Origin: a virus
Lineage: Duplodnaviria; Caudoviricetes
Length of the DNA: 44,092 nt
IMG/VR virus record: IMGVR_UViG_3300032130_000003
Coordinates: 1 to 44,092 of that record
Direction: 5' to 3' (one strand)
In this document: piece after piece, positions 28,086 to 37,205 of the stretch
Layout: the number at the start of each line of letters is the position of its first letter
Position numbering within the stretch: position 1 is the stretch's first letter
Notes under the pieces: model-generated
Database searches by the model: none
Seen by the model: only the letters and a program-made list of their open reading frames with translations
Told to the model about the DNA's origin: nothing
Position numbers and translations under genes: made by a program

Positions 28086-28613
28086 TTACAACGCTGGCTT
28101 AGAAGGTATTGCTCCAATACTTAATGTAACCCTTGGCTCCATTGGAATGGATTTATGAGGCGTCAATTTTGGAAGCAATAATGCGTCACCAGTTTTTACA
28201 TGAATTATTCTATTGTTACTACCATCTTCTGTTGATAATACATAAGCTACTTGCCCACACCCTTGTATTAATAAAACAGTTTCAGGATCTCGATGCATAA
28301 AAATTGAATGGTGACGATCCGAAAAGCTCCAAAAGAAACTACAATTAATATTTGATTCTGTATCAATTATCTTATAGTTTGTTACGAATTCTGTATAAAA
28401 TGGTTTAACATTACTATTACTTTGAACATTTGGAAGATTGCTTGAATATTGATCCATTACAATATCCTGATTAGTAATTCTAGATTGCCATTGGTTATGA
28501 GCTAATAATGTGTCAAAGTTAATAGTGTCTGCTTCAGGAAATATTTCTTTCCAAAGTTTGACTTCGTTTTTGCTACGAGCTTCGTTTAGTTCTTCCCAAA
28601 ATTTTTCACGCAT
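28086..28613 (-). CDS. JmjC/cupin-like oxygenase
   Basis: HRD...GDALLLPKLTPH...PRVTLSI. Confidence 0.7.
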   Translation of the reverse strand: MREKFWEELNEARSKNEVKLWKEIFPEADTINFDTLLAHNQWQSRITNQDIVMDQYSSNLPNVQSNSNVKPFYTEFVTNYKIIDTESNINCSFFWSFSDRHHSIFMHRDPETVLLIQGCGQVAYVLSTEDGSNNRIIHVKTGDALLLPKLTPHKSIPMEPRVTLSIGAIPSKPAL

Positions 28614-29056
28614 TATCTTTCCAATTTTGCACTATTACTACCGTGTTCAAAAACTTCAACACTAGAAAGTCTTACACGACCTCCTGTGTCTTCATCGATA
28701 ATTGGTGATATGTAATTGTAAACGTGTTCTGCAAATTTTTCACAACCAACGCCATCCATTTGAATAACTTTTGCAAGACCTTTTTCTTCTAGTGCTACAA
28801 AATCGCTTAAATTAGGATCTGCTTTATCAACAGCTATTTTATGATCGAAGTTATCTTCTAGGTATTGTTTAATCCAGCCACAGTTTCCGAAATCGTAAAC
28901 CCAATTCTTATCGTCTAATTCAAATGCTTCAAATTCAAATCTGAAACCTAAACTATAACCATGAATTAAATTACAATGACTTTCTGCTAACGCCTGTCTG
29001 AACGCACAACTGAAACCTCTATCATTACCATAAGTTTTTGTACTTTTGTGTACCAT
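28613..29056 (-). CDS. queD: 6-carboxy-5,6,7,8-tetrahydropterin synthase (QueD/PTPS family)
   Basis: HCNLIHGY, DFG, FDH, GCEKFAE, VFEHGSNSA; start at ATG 29056 after AAGGAG. Confidence 0.85.
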   Translation of the reverse strand: MVHKSTKTYGNDRGFSCAFRQALAESHCNLIHGYSLGFRFEFEAFELDDKNWVYDFGNCGWIKQYLEDNFDHKIAVDKADPNLSDFVALEEKGLAKVIQMDGVGCEKFAEHVYNYISPIIDEDTGGRVRLSSVEVFEHGSNSAKLER

Positions 29057-29071
29057 TCTTTTCTCCTTTTT

Positions 29072-29112
29072 AACGGCGGAGTATTTAAAGAGGGTCGACG
29101 TTGTAGTCCTCA
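29072..29112 (-). ncRNA. candidate structured queD leader (preQ1-I-riboswitch-like H-type pseudoknot)
   Basis: GAGG-ACUACAACGUCGAC-CCUC-UUUAAAUACUCCGC-CGUU: GAGG/CCUC stem, loop AACG complementary to CGUU; lies between a sigma70 promoter and the SD. Confidence 0.4.
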
Positions 29113-29122
29113 TTTCTATATT

Positions 29123-29151
29123 ATTATATATTATTTGTCTTCACCTGTCAA
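29123..29151 (-). promoter_or_regulatory. consensus sigma70 promoter for queD
   Basis: TTGACA-17 nt-TATAAT. Confidence 0.85.
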
Positions 29152-29791
29152 CCTCAATATGGTGTGTATTGAAACTAATGGTTAAACGTTTTTTGGTTTT
29201 ATTATGTAAACTTCTATGATACAACCAACTAGGGAACAAAACGAGTACTCCTGTTCTAGGAATAAAATCCATTTTGTCGGCTGTAAATTCTGTTCCAGCA
29301 CTATGAATCTCTGCCATTTTTGGTCCTAGGATTGGACTTGTAAAAACTATTGGAGCACTATCTTTATCGCAGTAAGGATAATATGCCCCACTTACAATAC
29401 TCAATTCATGTCTATGTTCGTTTACGTGCCCTTTTTCTTCTTGAATATTAAACCAACTTTTTGCAATTTTAACTGGGCGTAATCCACTAGTTGTACAATA
29501 TTCATCTACACAATTTTGAATGTCTTGTTTTATTAGTTTAAATTCTTTTTGATCTAAAAAATTTGCCGCTTTATGAGTTTTACTTACAACATCAAAATAG
29601 GTACTACTAGTTTTACCTTTACCAATGTCATCAGGCCATTCCATTAATTTGTCATTAGTGAAATTATCAATAGTATCAATTACTAATTGCTGATCAGGAT
29701 GATCTTCTAAATTATAGACCTGAACTAATGTTGGAAATAACAAATAGTCAGCTTTACGGAATTGGCCTTCTGGTATCGTTGCTTTACTCAT
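29141..29791 (-). CDS. putative 2OG-Fe(II) oxygenase (TIGR02466-like)
   Basis: LFPT N-terminus, SWFN, HRH, SGAYY, FPSWLYH, RLTISFN. Confidence 0.8.
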   Translation of the reverse strand: MSKATIPEGQFRKADYLLFPTLVQVYNLEDHPDQQLVIDTIDNFTNDKLMEWPDDIGKGKTSSTYFDVVSKTHKAANFLDQKEFKLIKQDIQNCVDEYCTTSGLRPVKIAKSWFNIQEEKGHVNEHRHELSIVSGAYYPYCDKDSAPIVFTSPILGPKMAEIHSAGTEFTADKMDFIPRTGVLVLFPSWLYHRSLHNKTKKRLTISFNTHHIEVDR

Positions 29792-30422
29792 GTTTTTCTA
29801 TTCTATAATCTTTTACTGTTTTTATGTAACCTTTGTCTGCGTGTCTTATTGTATTAAAACTTACTACGTATCTTTTTTTACTATCATTGGGTTCAACATA
29901 ATGTTTTAACCAACTAGGAAAGATAACCAGCATTCCTGAACGTACTGGCACATCCATATCATAGCGATTAAAGTTTGTTGGTTTTATTATACAATCATTC
30001 ATTCGTAAAGGTTGTAATGGACTTTCAAGCATTAATGGATTACTTCCTTCTTCAGCATATGGATAGTATGCTCCACTAACAACACTTCGTTCGTGTCTGT
30101 GTGATTGTACAGTTCCGCCTTGTCCTAAAGTATTAAACCAACTTGTTGAAATAAGTGCATAATCAATTCCTGCTTCTTCAGTATATGTATCACAGCAAGA
30201 TTGTATTGTTTTCCATAAGTCACTTAATCGTTTATCACTTAAAAATTGTTCGTCACCAGTAATGTAACTACTATCTCCACCTTTAACTAATCTATGTTTG
30301 GTAACATCAGGCCAGGTTTCGATCATCTCAATTATAGTTTTTTCACACCCGTGGTCTTTAAGATTCCATATGCTTACTAGTGTTGGAAATGTAGCAAAGT
30401 GTTGTGGTTCAGGCGGTCTCAT
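29784..30422 (-). CDS. putative 2OG-Fe(II) oxygenase (TIGR02466-like), tandem paralog
   Basis: TFPT, SWFN, HRHE, SGAYYPY, FPSWLKH, RYVVSFN. Confidence 0.8.
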   Translation of the reverse strand: MRPPEPQHFATFPTLVSIWNLKDHGCEKTIIEMIETWPDVTKHRLVKGGDSSYITGDEQFLSDKRLSDLWKTIQSCCDTYTEEAGIDYALISTSWFNTLGQGGTVQSHRHERSVVSGAYYPYAEEGSNPLMLESPLQPLRMNDCIIKPTNFNRYDMDVPVRSGMLVIFPSWLKHYVEPNDSKKRYVVSFNTIRHADKGYIKTVKDYRIEKHE

Positions 30423-30993
30423 TAGCTATCTCAAATTCAATTAACATTTTGTTACATACATTTTTTTGCTCTGTTGGCCATGGCTTATTATTATAATAGG
30501 TAAAATTAGCTTCAGGAAAATTTTCAAATACTTTATCAATTTGATATATCCAATAACTAGGATCTACTGGCCTTGAATCTACATCGTTATAATTCTCTGT
30601 GCCTTTATATATGTTATTATAAAGTCCGGTATCTAAATCAAACCCAATCATATGTATTTCAGGGGTTTCACTCTCTTTAGTAGCTATTACTGTTCCTAAT
30701 AATACTGCATAAGGTCCACTACCCCAATGCCATGGATCGTCAAGTTTTGTATTGCCTTTATATGGAAGTTGTGGAACTAGCCCACATAATTTAAATTGAT
30801 CTATCCAATCGGCTCTAGTATATATGGCACCATAGTTATGTTCTTTTTGTGCTTCAATAACCATACGACGATCGCAACAAATTAAGTGGTTTACATAAAA
30901 GTCTCTAAAAATCGCGTTGCAACCAACCTTTATATCGCCACATATATTGATATCTATATCTTTTCTACTCTCGCCGTTGCCAATCACTAGCAT
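30409..30993 (-). CDS. glycosyltransferase-like protein (sialyltransferase/Maf-like Rossmann motifs)
   Basis: VIGNGESR, GCNA, CCD, SGPYA, IGFD. Confidence 0.6.
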   Translation of the reverse strand: MLVIGNGESRKDIDINICGDIKVGCNAIFRDFYVNHLICCDRRMVIEAQKEHNYGAIYTRADWIDQFKLCGLVPQLPYKGNTKLDDPWHWGSGPYAVLLGTVIATKESETPEIHMIGFDLDTGLYNNIYKGTENYNDVDSRPVDPSYWIYQIDKVFENFPEANFTYYNNKPWPTEQKNVCNKMLIEFEIANETA

Positions 30994-30998
30994 GACAA

Positions 30999-31011
30999 TA
31001 TTTAATAAATA
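30999..31011. promoter_or_regulatory. back-to-back late promoter boxes (TATTTA-A-TAAATA)
   Basis: Palindromic 13-mer in the 43-nt gap between divergent genes. Confidence 0.6.
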
Positions 31012-31036
31012 TGTATAACGATAGGGACAAATACGA

Positions 31037-34000
31037 ATGACAGCATTTTATGATTTTTTTAGGTATATTAAATTATACTCTACAGACGGTGTAACACTTG
31101 AGTTTACGTTACAAGCTGATTCAGTAACTGATACGGTTAATATAAGCCGGGGTACAGGCGTAGCTTGGACTGGTGCTTCAGAGGGTACAGATTCATTTAA
31201 AATAGATGTCGATTATACGTTAGAAGTACCTGTAACAACTACTACTATTAGATTAACTGATGTTAATGCTAACGACCAGGATATAGCTCTTGTTGCCGGT
31301 GCTAATATGAATATTGCACGTGATAGTGCTAATCAATTAACAATTTCAGCATTAATAGGTGGTATTAGTAGAGCTATTACTAGTATTACACAGGCCAGCA
31401 TTTGCGTTGTCCAAACAACAAACGTTCACAATTTTACAGAAGGTACCTCAGTTACTATTACAGATGTAGCTGGAATGACTCAGCTTAATGGTAATGAATA
31501 CTATGCTGATATTTTAACTGGTACTACACTTGCATTATATGAAGATCCAGATTTAACAACAGCAATTGACAGTACAGGCTTTGGTGCTTATACATCAGCT
31601 GGTGTTGTCACTGGTGAATATTCAGGTGCAAGTAGATTAAACGAATTAGATGATGTATTATTCAATGTTACTAATTTTTCAAATAGTATTAAAATAGGTG
31701 ACACTACAACAGGAACTTTAAATGCCGCCGCTGGTAATGTTATTATGGGCGTAGGTGCCGGTAATGCTATTACAGAGGGAGATAACAATGTTATAATTGG
31801 TCTTGCGGCAGGCCCTGGTATTACAGCTGGTCGGGACAATGTCTTAATAGGTAAAGATGTAGCAAATAACTCCAACAGTGATGGTGATTGGACTGATAGT
31901 GTTGCTGTAGGATTTAAAGCAGGTTTAGGTTCAGGTAATCCTATCATTGGAACTGAAACACCAGAGAAAGCTGTATTCATAGGTTCATTCGCAGGTACAG
32001 GGCACAATCATGATAATAATGTTGCGATAGGATATTTTGCTGGATCGAAGTTGAGGGATGACGCCAATAAGAACGTGGCTATCGGCTCTGACGCTATGAG
32101 CCAGACCAAAAACGATCCTTCAGTTCAACAAAGTAATAACGTTGCAGTAGGATATTTTGCTTTGAGAGGTGCCAGCGATGCATCACAAATTGGTAACGTT
32201 GCAATAGGATCTGAAGCAGGTGCAGTAATTCTAGATGGTGAACGCAACGTCTTTGTTGGTGAAAAAGCAGGTGTTCAACTTACTACAGGTGATTACAATA
32301 CATTCATAGGAACCGACGCTGGTGGTATTGTACATACTGGAGACGGTAATGTTATTATAGGTAGGTATACAGGTACAAATGGACTAACAGATACTCTTGC
32401 AATTTATACACATCCTACTGGTGGGCCACCTAAGGAAAGAGTTACTATTACAGGTACAGGTAAAATTACAGTTGATTCAACTGGTGGTGAAATTAATGGT
32501 AATCCTATAGTAACTTCTAATAGTATTAGTGGTACTGTAGCAGGACATATAATTCCAGATACAAATATTGCTTACGATTTAGGAAGTGCAACACACAAAT
32601 TTAGAGATTTATACTTAGATGGTGCAAGTCTTCATTTAGGTAGCACAATTTTAAGAGATAACGGTTCAGGTAGTTTACAAGTAAATCTTGTTAACGTATT
32701 ACAAGTTGCCGCAGATGATTCAACTGTACGCACAATCGATAGTGGCGAATCAATTAAGTTTAGTGGAGCAGGAACTGTTACAACGGCATCTGATGCAGAA
32801 GGTAATATTATAATTACTGGCTCTGCTCATACTTCAGCTTTAAGTGGTTTAACTGATGTACATGATGCGGCACCAAGTGATGGTCAAGTACTTACTTGGG
32901 TTAATGCAAATTCAAGATGGGAACCAGTAACAGATGTTGAAACAGATATTACAGGGTCTGTATTTGGTGATGACTCAACAGTACTAGTTGATGGTGTTAA
33001 TAGTGCTATTAATTTAGATGGTACTATGAAGACTCATATGATACCGGCACTAGATGCTACGTATGACATAGGATCAGCTGAAAAGAAAATTAGAGATTTA
33101 TATGTTGACGGTGGAGGTTCTTTCTGGATTGGTGATACTACGAAAATGCAAATTGCACCTTATAAGTTTCAAGATGCAAGTTTTGGTCATTTTGTAGAAT
33201 TAACAGGAGTAGCTGATGAACCAGATGACAGTTATTCTCCACGCTTATGTGGAATAGTTATAAGTCCTGATGGTACTAAACTATATACTCCTCAAGCTGA
33301 TCGTAATAGTCCTTTACCTGACTATATGCGTATTGTTCAGTATACTTTAGGCACACCATTTGATCTTTCAACAATTACTAATACTGTAGCCCCTGCGAAT
33401 TCTTTAGATGTTTCAGGACAAGTTAATGCACTTGGAGCCGGTGGAGTGTTTGCTAATACTGATACTAGTATAGGTGGAATACATTTTAAACCTGATGGTA
33501 CTAAACTATGGATGATGACAGGTGCAAGTATATCTTATAGTGGTGGTACAGGACCTACTTATCATTCAGCAAATAAACTTGTTGAATATGATTTAAGTTC
33601 AGCCTGGGATATTACTTCAGCAACATTTAATAATAAATGGTCTGAAGCATTATATGGTTATTCAGCATCACAGTTTAAGATAAGTGAAGACGGCAGATTT
33701 CTTTATATGCGGTCAACCCGAACAATAAAACAATGGGAAATGACAACACCGTTTGATATTTCTACATTAACACAATACGAAGATTTTAACCTTGAACAGA
33801 CATATTTAAAATCTTACCTAACTGTTAGAGAACACTCAACAGGCAGTTATGATAATTTAACTGATATGTGGATTAGTAAAGATGGATGGAGATGGTTTGG
33901 CTTATTCAATCATGGTCTATCTAATGATGGTATGATTTATGGTTATACAATGACTACCAAATATGATATTACAACTTCAGTACCAATAGGACTTATAAAC

Positions 34001-35053
34001 GAACACATAACACAACAAGATCCACCATATCAAAATTCTATAATGATTGCTGGTAGTAATCATCCTAATGGCAACAACGGACAACAAACAGGTATGTCAG
34101 ACGAATGGGGTGATTGGACACGATCAATATTTTTTGCTGATGACGGAAAGAAACTGTATGTAGCTGGTTATTACGATAATCATCCAACTGTAGGTGCAGG
34201 TGGAATTCAACAATATAATATAACTGATTCAATAGATCCACAATTAAGATTTAAAGGTCTAGGTAAAGGCGTAAAAATTGAAGGTGAAATTGAATTGGCG
34301 TCAGGCGCTTCAGTTAACGAGATTAGTACAGATACTGATATGTCAGGTGATAGTGACACGGCAATTCCAACAGAAAAAGCAGTTAAAACATACGTTGATA
34401 CTAAAGTTGGTGGTAGTTTAACTGTAGCTGAAGAAGGTAGTGATTTAACAACAGGTGCAACAAAATTAGATTTTGTTGGTACAGGTGTTACTGCTAGTGG
34501 TACAGGTACAACAAAAACAATTACTATTCCCGGCGGTGGCGGCGGTGGCGGTTGGACAGCAATTTCAACTCAAACTGTATCTTCATCCGTGACATCAGTA
34601 ACATTTGGAAGTTTAGATCTTTCTGCTTATAGCACCGTGCGATTAGTAATAAGCGATCTTGTTCATAGTAACGCTCAATATACTTTCTTAAAGTTAAGTA
34701 ATGACGGGTTCACAAGTGATGATACATGGTCCCAAAACGTAATAGCGATGTTTGACAATACTACAACATCTTATGATAGACACGCAAACAGTACAACGTT
34801 TAGCACTGGAGAATATCTTATTTTGACTTCTCATGTTGTATGGTTTGACCCGATAATAATGAGCGGCTGGCTAGATTTTGATTTAACAACGTCCAATGTG
34901 ATTTGTAACGGACAAGGAGTTTCAAGGGATGACGGTGAGGGAGCAATTCTGTGGTCTGGAATTTGTGATGTTACAACTTTCACTGATTTAAAAATAGAAA
35001 AATTTAGCGGCACGTTTGACTCTGGAACTTTTAAATTATTAGGTATGGCATAA
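31037..35053 (+). CDS. tail fibre/adhesin (1338 aa) with YadA-like NVAIG repeats, beta-propeller-like repeats and C-terminal tip domain
   Basis: NVxIG repeats; modules shared with 13081..15939 and 15967..16956; PDGTKL repeats (exact 19-mer at 33266 and 33491); poly-Gly linker before the last ~165 aa. Confidence 0.85.
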   Translation: MTAFYDFFRYIKLYSTDGVTLEFTLQADSVTDTVNISRGTGVAWTGASEGTDSFKIDVDYTLEVPVTTTTIRLTDVNANDQDIALVAGANMNIARDSANQLTISALIGGISRAITSITQASICVVQTTNVHNFTEGTSVTITDVAGMTQLNGNEYYADILTGTTLALYEDPDLTTAIDSTGFGAYTSAGVVTGEYSGASRLNELDDVLFNVTNFSNSIKIGDTTTGTLNAAAGNVIMGVGAGNAITEGDNNVIIGLAAGPGITAGRDNVLIGKDVANNSNSDGDWTDSVAVGFKAGLGSGNPIIGTETPEKAVFIGSFAGTGHNHDNNVAIGYFAGSKLRDDANKNVAIGSDAMSQTKNDPSVQQSNNVAVGYFALRGASDASQIGNVAIGSEAGAVILDGERNVFVGEKAGVQLTTGDYNTFIGTDAGGIVHTGDGNVIIGRYTGTNGLTDTLAIYTHPTGGPPKERVTITGTGKITVDSTGGEINGNPIVTSNSISGTVAGHIIPDTNIAYDLGSATHKFRDLYLDGASLHLGSTILRDNGSGSLQVNLVNVLQVAADDSTVRTIDSGESIKFSGAGTVTTASDAEGNIIITGSAHTSALSGLTDVHDAAPSDGQVLTWVNANSRWEPVTDVETDITGSVFGDDSTVLVDGVNSAINLDGTMKTHMIPALDATYDIGSAEKKIRDLYVDGGGSFWIGDTTKMQIAPYKFQDASFGHFVELTGVADEPDDSYSPRLCGIVISPDGTKLYTPQADRNSPLPDYMRIVQYTLGTPFDLSTITNTVAPANSLDVSGQVNALGAGGVFANTDTSIGGIHFKPDGTKLWMMTGASISYSGGTGPTYHSANKLVEYDLSSAWDITSATFNNKWSEALYGYSASQFKISEDGRFLYMRSTRTIKQWEMTTPFDISTLTQYEDFNLEQTYLKSYLTVREHSTGSYDNLTDMWISKDGWRWFGLFNHGLSNDGMIYGYTMTTKYDITTSVPIGLINEHITQQDPPYQNSIMIAGSNHPNGNNGQQTGMSDEWGDWTRSIFFADDGKKLYVAGYYDNHPTVGAGGIQQYNITDSIDPQLRFKGLGKGVKIEGEIELASGASVNEISTDTDMSGDSDTAIPTEKAVKTYVDTKVGGSLTVAEEGSDLTTGATKLDFVGTGVTASGTGTTKTITIPGGGGGGGWTAISTQTVSSSVTSVTFGSLDLSAYSTVRLVISDLVHSNAQYTFLKLSNDGFTSDDTWSQNVIAMFDNTTTSYDRHANSTTFSTGEYLILTSHVVWFDPIIMSGWLDFDLTTSNVICNGQGVSRDDGEGAILWSGICDVTTFTDLKIEKFSGTFDSGTFKLLGMA

Positions 35054-35063
35054 GGAAAAAGAT

Positions 35064-35300
35064 ATGGCAAATGAAAAGAAAATGGTAAATGGTGTAGTCA
35101 GTGAGGTAACTGACGAAGAACAAGCTACTCTAAATACTTCACGTGCAAAAATACAAGCTAAGATTGATGCAGATGCTTGGAGAGTTTCTAGAGTGTCTAG
35201 CTACGGAAGTATAGGCGACCAGTTAGACGAAATTTATCATGATATAGATTCTTGGAAAGCAAGAATAGCCAAAGTTAAATCAGATAATCCAAAAACTTAA
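35064..35300 (+). CDS. small fibre-associated (assembly/chaperone-like) protein
   Basis: YGSIGDQLDEIYHD...VKSDNPK motif; AAGGA SD directly after the fibre gene. Confidence 0.65.
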   Translation: MANEKKMVNGVVSEVTDEEQATLNTSRAKIQAKIDADAWRVSRVSSYGSIGDQLDEIYHDIDSWKARIAKVKSDNPKT

Positions 35301-35731
35301 ACTGACCTAATCTGGTCTTTTGCTATATATAGAAGTGGACAAGTATAGCATACCCATCCTTTAGAAGTTACAATATAAAAATATGGATCTTTTGCCTCGT
35401 TAGCGTGGCACGTTGAAAATGTCATTGTGCCTTTCTTTTCTTCAGGCTCTGATTTCATATCACAGTTAGGTAATTTAAATTCATTTTTGATAGTAAATGC
35501 CCATGCTTCATCTATAGTTCCATTTTTATCAAGGTCCATATAGGTAGTAAGAGTATGTGGAAGTTCTTGGGTATTCCAAAACGCCATGTGCTGAAAGAAA
35601 TCAAGTTTACTTGAAAACATGGTAGTAGGATCTACGTCTTTTTTAGGCGAAGTAATATAGTCTTTCCAGCTATTAGCGTATACTGGCGAGGATATAAACA
35701 GGCACAATAGTACCATTAAAAGTTTTTTCAT
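35297..35731 (-). CDS. exported hypothetical protein
   Basis: Signal peptide MKKLLMVLLCLFISSPVYA; DLDKNGTIDE EF-hand-like loop. Confidence 0.7.
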   Translation of the reverse strand: MKKLLMVLLCLFISSPVYANSWKDYITSPKKDVDPTTMFSSKLDFFQHMAFWNTQELPHTLTTYMDLDKNGTIDEAWAFTIKNEFKLPNCDMKSEPEEKKGTMTFSTCHANEAKDPYFYIVTSKGWVCYTCPLLYIAKDQIRSV

Positions 35732-35735
35732 AGGA

Positions 35736-36071
35736 TTACTTTCTAGACTTTTTTCTAAGTGCTTTTAACTGAGTTTCATGACTGGCTTTGACCTCATGTA
35801 CGTCTTTTTTAATTTCACGTAAGTGTCCTTGGATCTCTCCAAACCTATCATAACTTTCAGTAAAGAATTTATTAAGATTACGAATTGCGTCAACAACCCA
35901 CCACCACCAAAAGAATGCGATAGTTCCAAATGTTGTTGCAATTGCTATTAAAAGATAATCAAGCCATTCGCGAGCGTCAACTGTAACTAAAAGAATTACT
36001 AGTAGTAATGCAGTTAGTGGAAGTATTCGCCCAGTCCATGACCATAACCTGGCCGATAAATTAAGTTTCAT
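35736..36071 (-). CDS. two-TM membrane protein with C-terminal coiled coil
   Basis: Two hydrophobic helices, basic tail; GAGGG SD. Confidence 0.7.
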   Translation of the reverse strand: MKLNLSARLWSWTGRILPLTALLLVILLVTVDAREWLDYLLIAIATTFGTIAFFWWWWVVDAIRNLNKFFTESYDRFGEIQGHLREIKKDVHEVKASHETQLKALRKKSRK

Positions 36072-36075
36072 GATG

Positions 36076-37197
36076 TTACCCCTCTATAACACCAAATGGT
36101 TTCCATTCCCCTGGTGTTCCGTTTATAATACAAACCCAACCAACGTATCCCGTTGGACGAGGTTCGCTATTCCAAACTATGTCACCTTTTGTGTAAATTC
36201 CATTTTTTGGTGCTTCTGTTCCGTTTTCAAATTTTTTATTTTCAAATCTAAAAGGACCCGAAGTACTGAAACATACATCAGGGTTATTAACTCCAACTCC
36301 TAATCTACCTTTAACTGTAGTAATTGCATCACTGTCAGCACCAACTTCAATTCTGTTGTTGGCTTTAATTTTAATTCTTGTTTGATTGTCGGTAATTAGA
36401 TTCACATCACTTGTAGTATATGCTCCTACATTGATTGAATCATATTCGGGTTCAACAATAAACTCTACTTCATTGCTGGCAACACTTAATTGTCCGTTAC
36501 CTGCATCTGTGCCTATACCTAACCGCATTCCATCTCCGTCGTAGAAGATAAATTGGTCTATAACAAGATTGCCTTCTGTTTTTAAATTACGTAATGTGCC
36601 TACTTTAGTTAAATTTGATGTCTCTATATCCGGGCCTAATTCACTAGCACTTAATACTGTGATATTTCCGATTTTATATTCATGACCAGTATGAAGATCG
36701 AAATCTTCACTAGACCAAATACGATCTTCTCCACCCTTCATTACCAACTGCTTGGTATGATCATATCCTGTCCAGAAGAGTCCTTTTCCGTATGGTGCGT
36801 CATCTACTGAACATTCAAATACTAAAGGTGTTGTTCTTGCATTTCTAACGTCGGCTGATATTTCATTAACTTCTATTTTAGTAGCCTTAATTGTTCCGCC
36901 TACGTTAAGATCATTTTCTACAGTAGTATCACCAACAAGTTTACTAACAGATATGTTATCTGCATACAAACCATCATCTTTTATAACAATAGTTTGTTTA
37001 GTTGCTTCGTCGCGAATACCTATACTTGAAAAAGCAGTGATTTTACCGCCATGGATTTTGTCACCACTAAGACTTCTGTTAAGAATCTCAGGTGCTGGCA
37101 ATTCCCTATTTGCAATAGTTTCAATTGCTTCTCCTAGTTGTAAAAGTCCGTTTTTTACTGCTAGAATCTCTGAATCATTAATATCATTAGTGCTCAT
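36076..37197 (-). CDS. putative virion structural/fibre-like protein
   Basis: SNLTKVGTL, RLGIGT, GRLGVGV, KGDIVWN...GWVC...GTPGEWKPFG; GATAAATA 5 nt before ATG. Confidence 0.7.
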   Translation of the reverse strand: MSTNDINDSEILAVKNGLLQLGEAIETIANRELPAPEILNRSLSGDKIHGGKITAFSSIGIRDEATKQTIVIKDDGLYADNISVSKLVGDTTVENDLNVGGTIKATKIEVNEISADVRNARTTPLVFECSVDDAPYGKGLFWTGYDHTKQLVMKGGEDRIWSSEDFDLHTGHEYKIGNITVLSASELGPDIETSNLTKVGTLRNLKTEGNLVIDQFIFYDGDGMRLGIGTDAGNGQLSVASNEVEFIVEPEYDSINVGAYTTSDVNLITDNQTRIKIKANNRIEVGADSDAITTVKGRLGVGVNNPDVCFSTSGPFRFENKKFENGTEAPKNGIYTKGDIVWNSEPRPTGYVGWVCIINGTPGEWKPFGVIEG

Positions 37198-37205
37198 ACT
37201 AGTAT

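Noticed and set aside
31037-35300. Invertible (Gin/Cin-type) fibre cassette or DGR target
   Set aside because: No flanking inverted recombination sites, invertase, reverse transcriptase or adenine-only mismatched template repeat seen in the window. The orientation is explained by its own late box.
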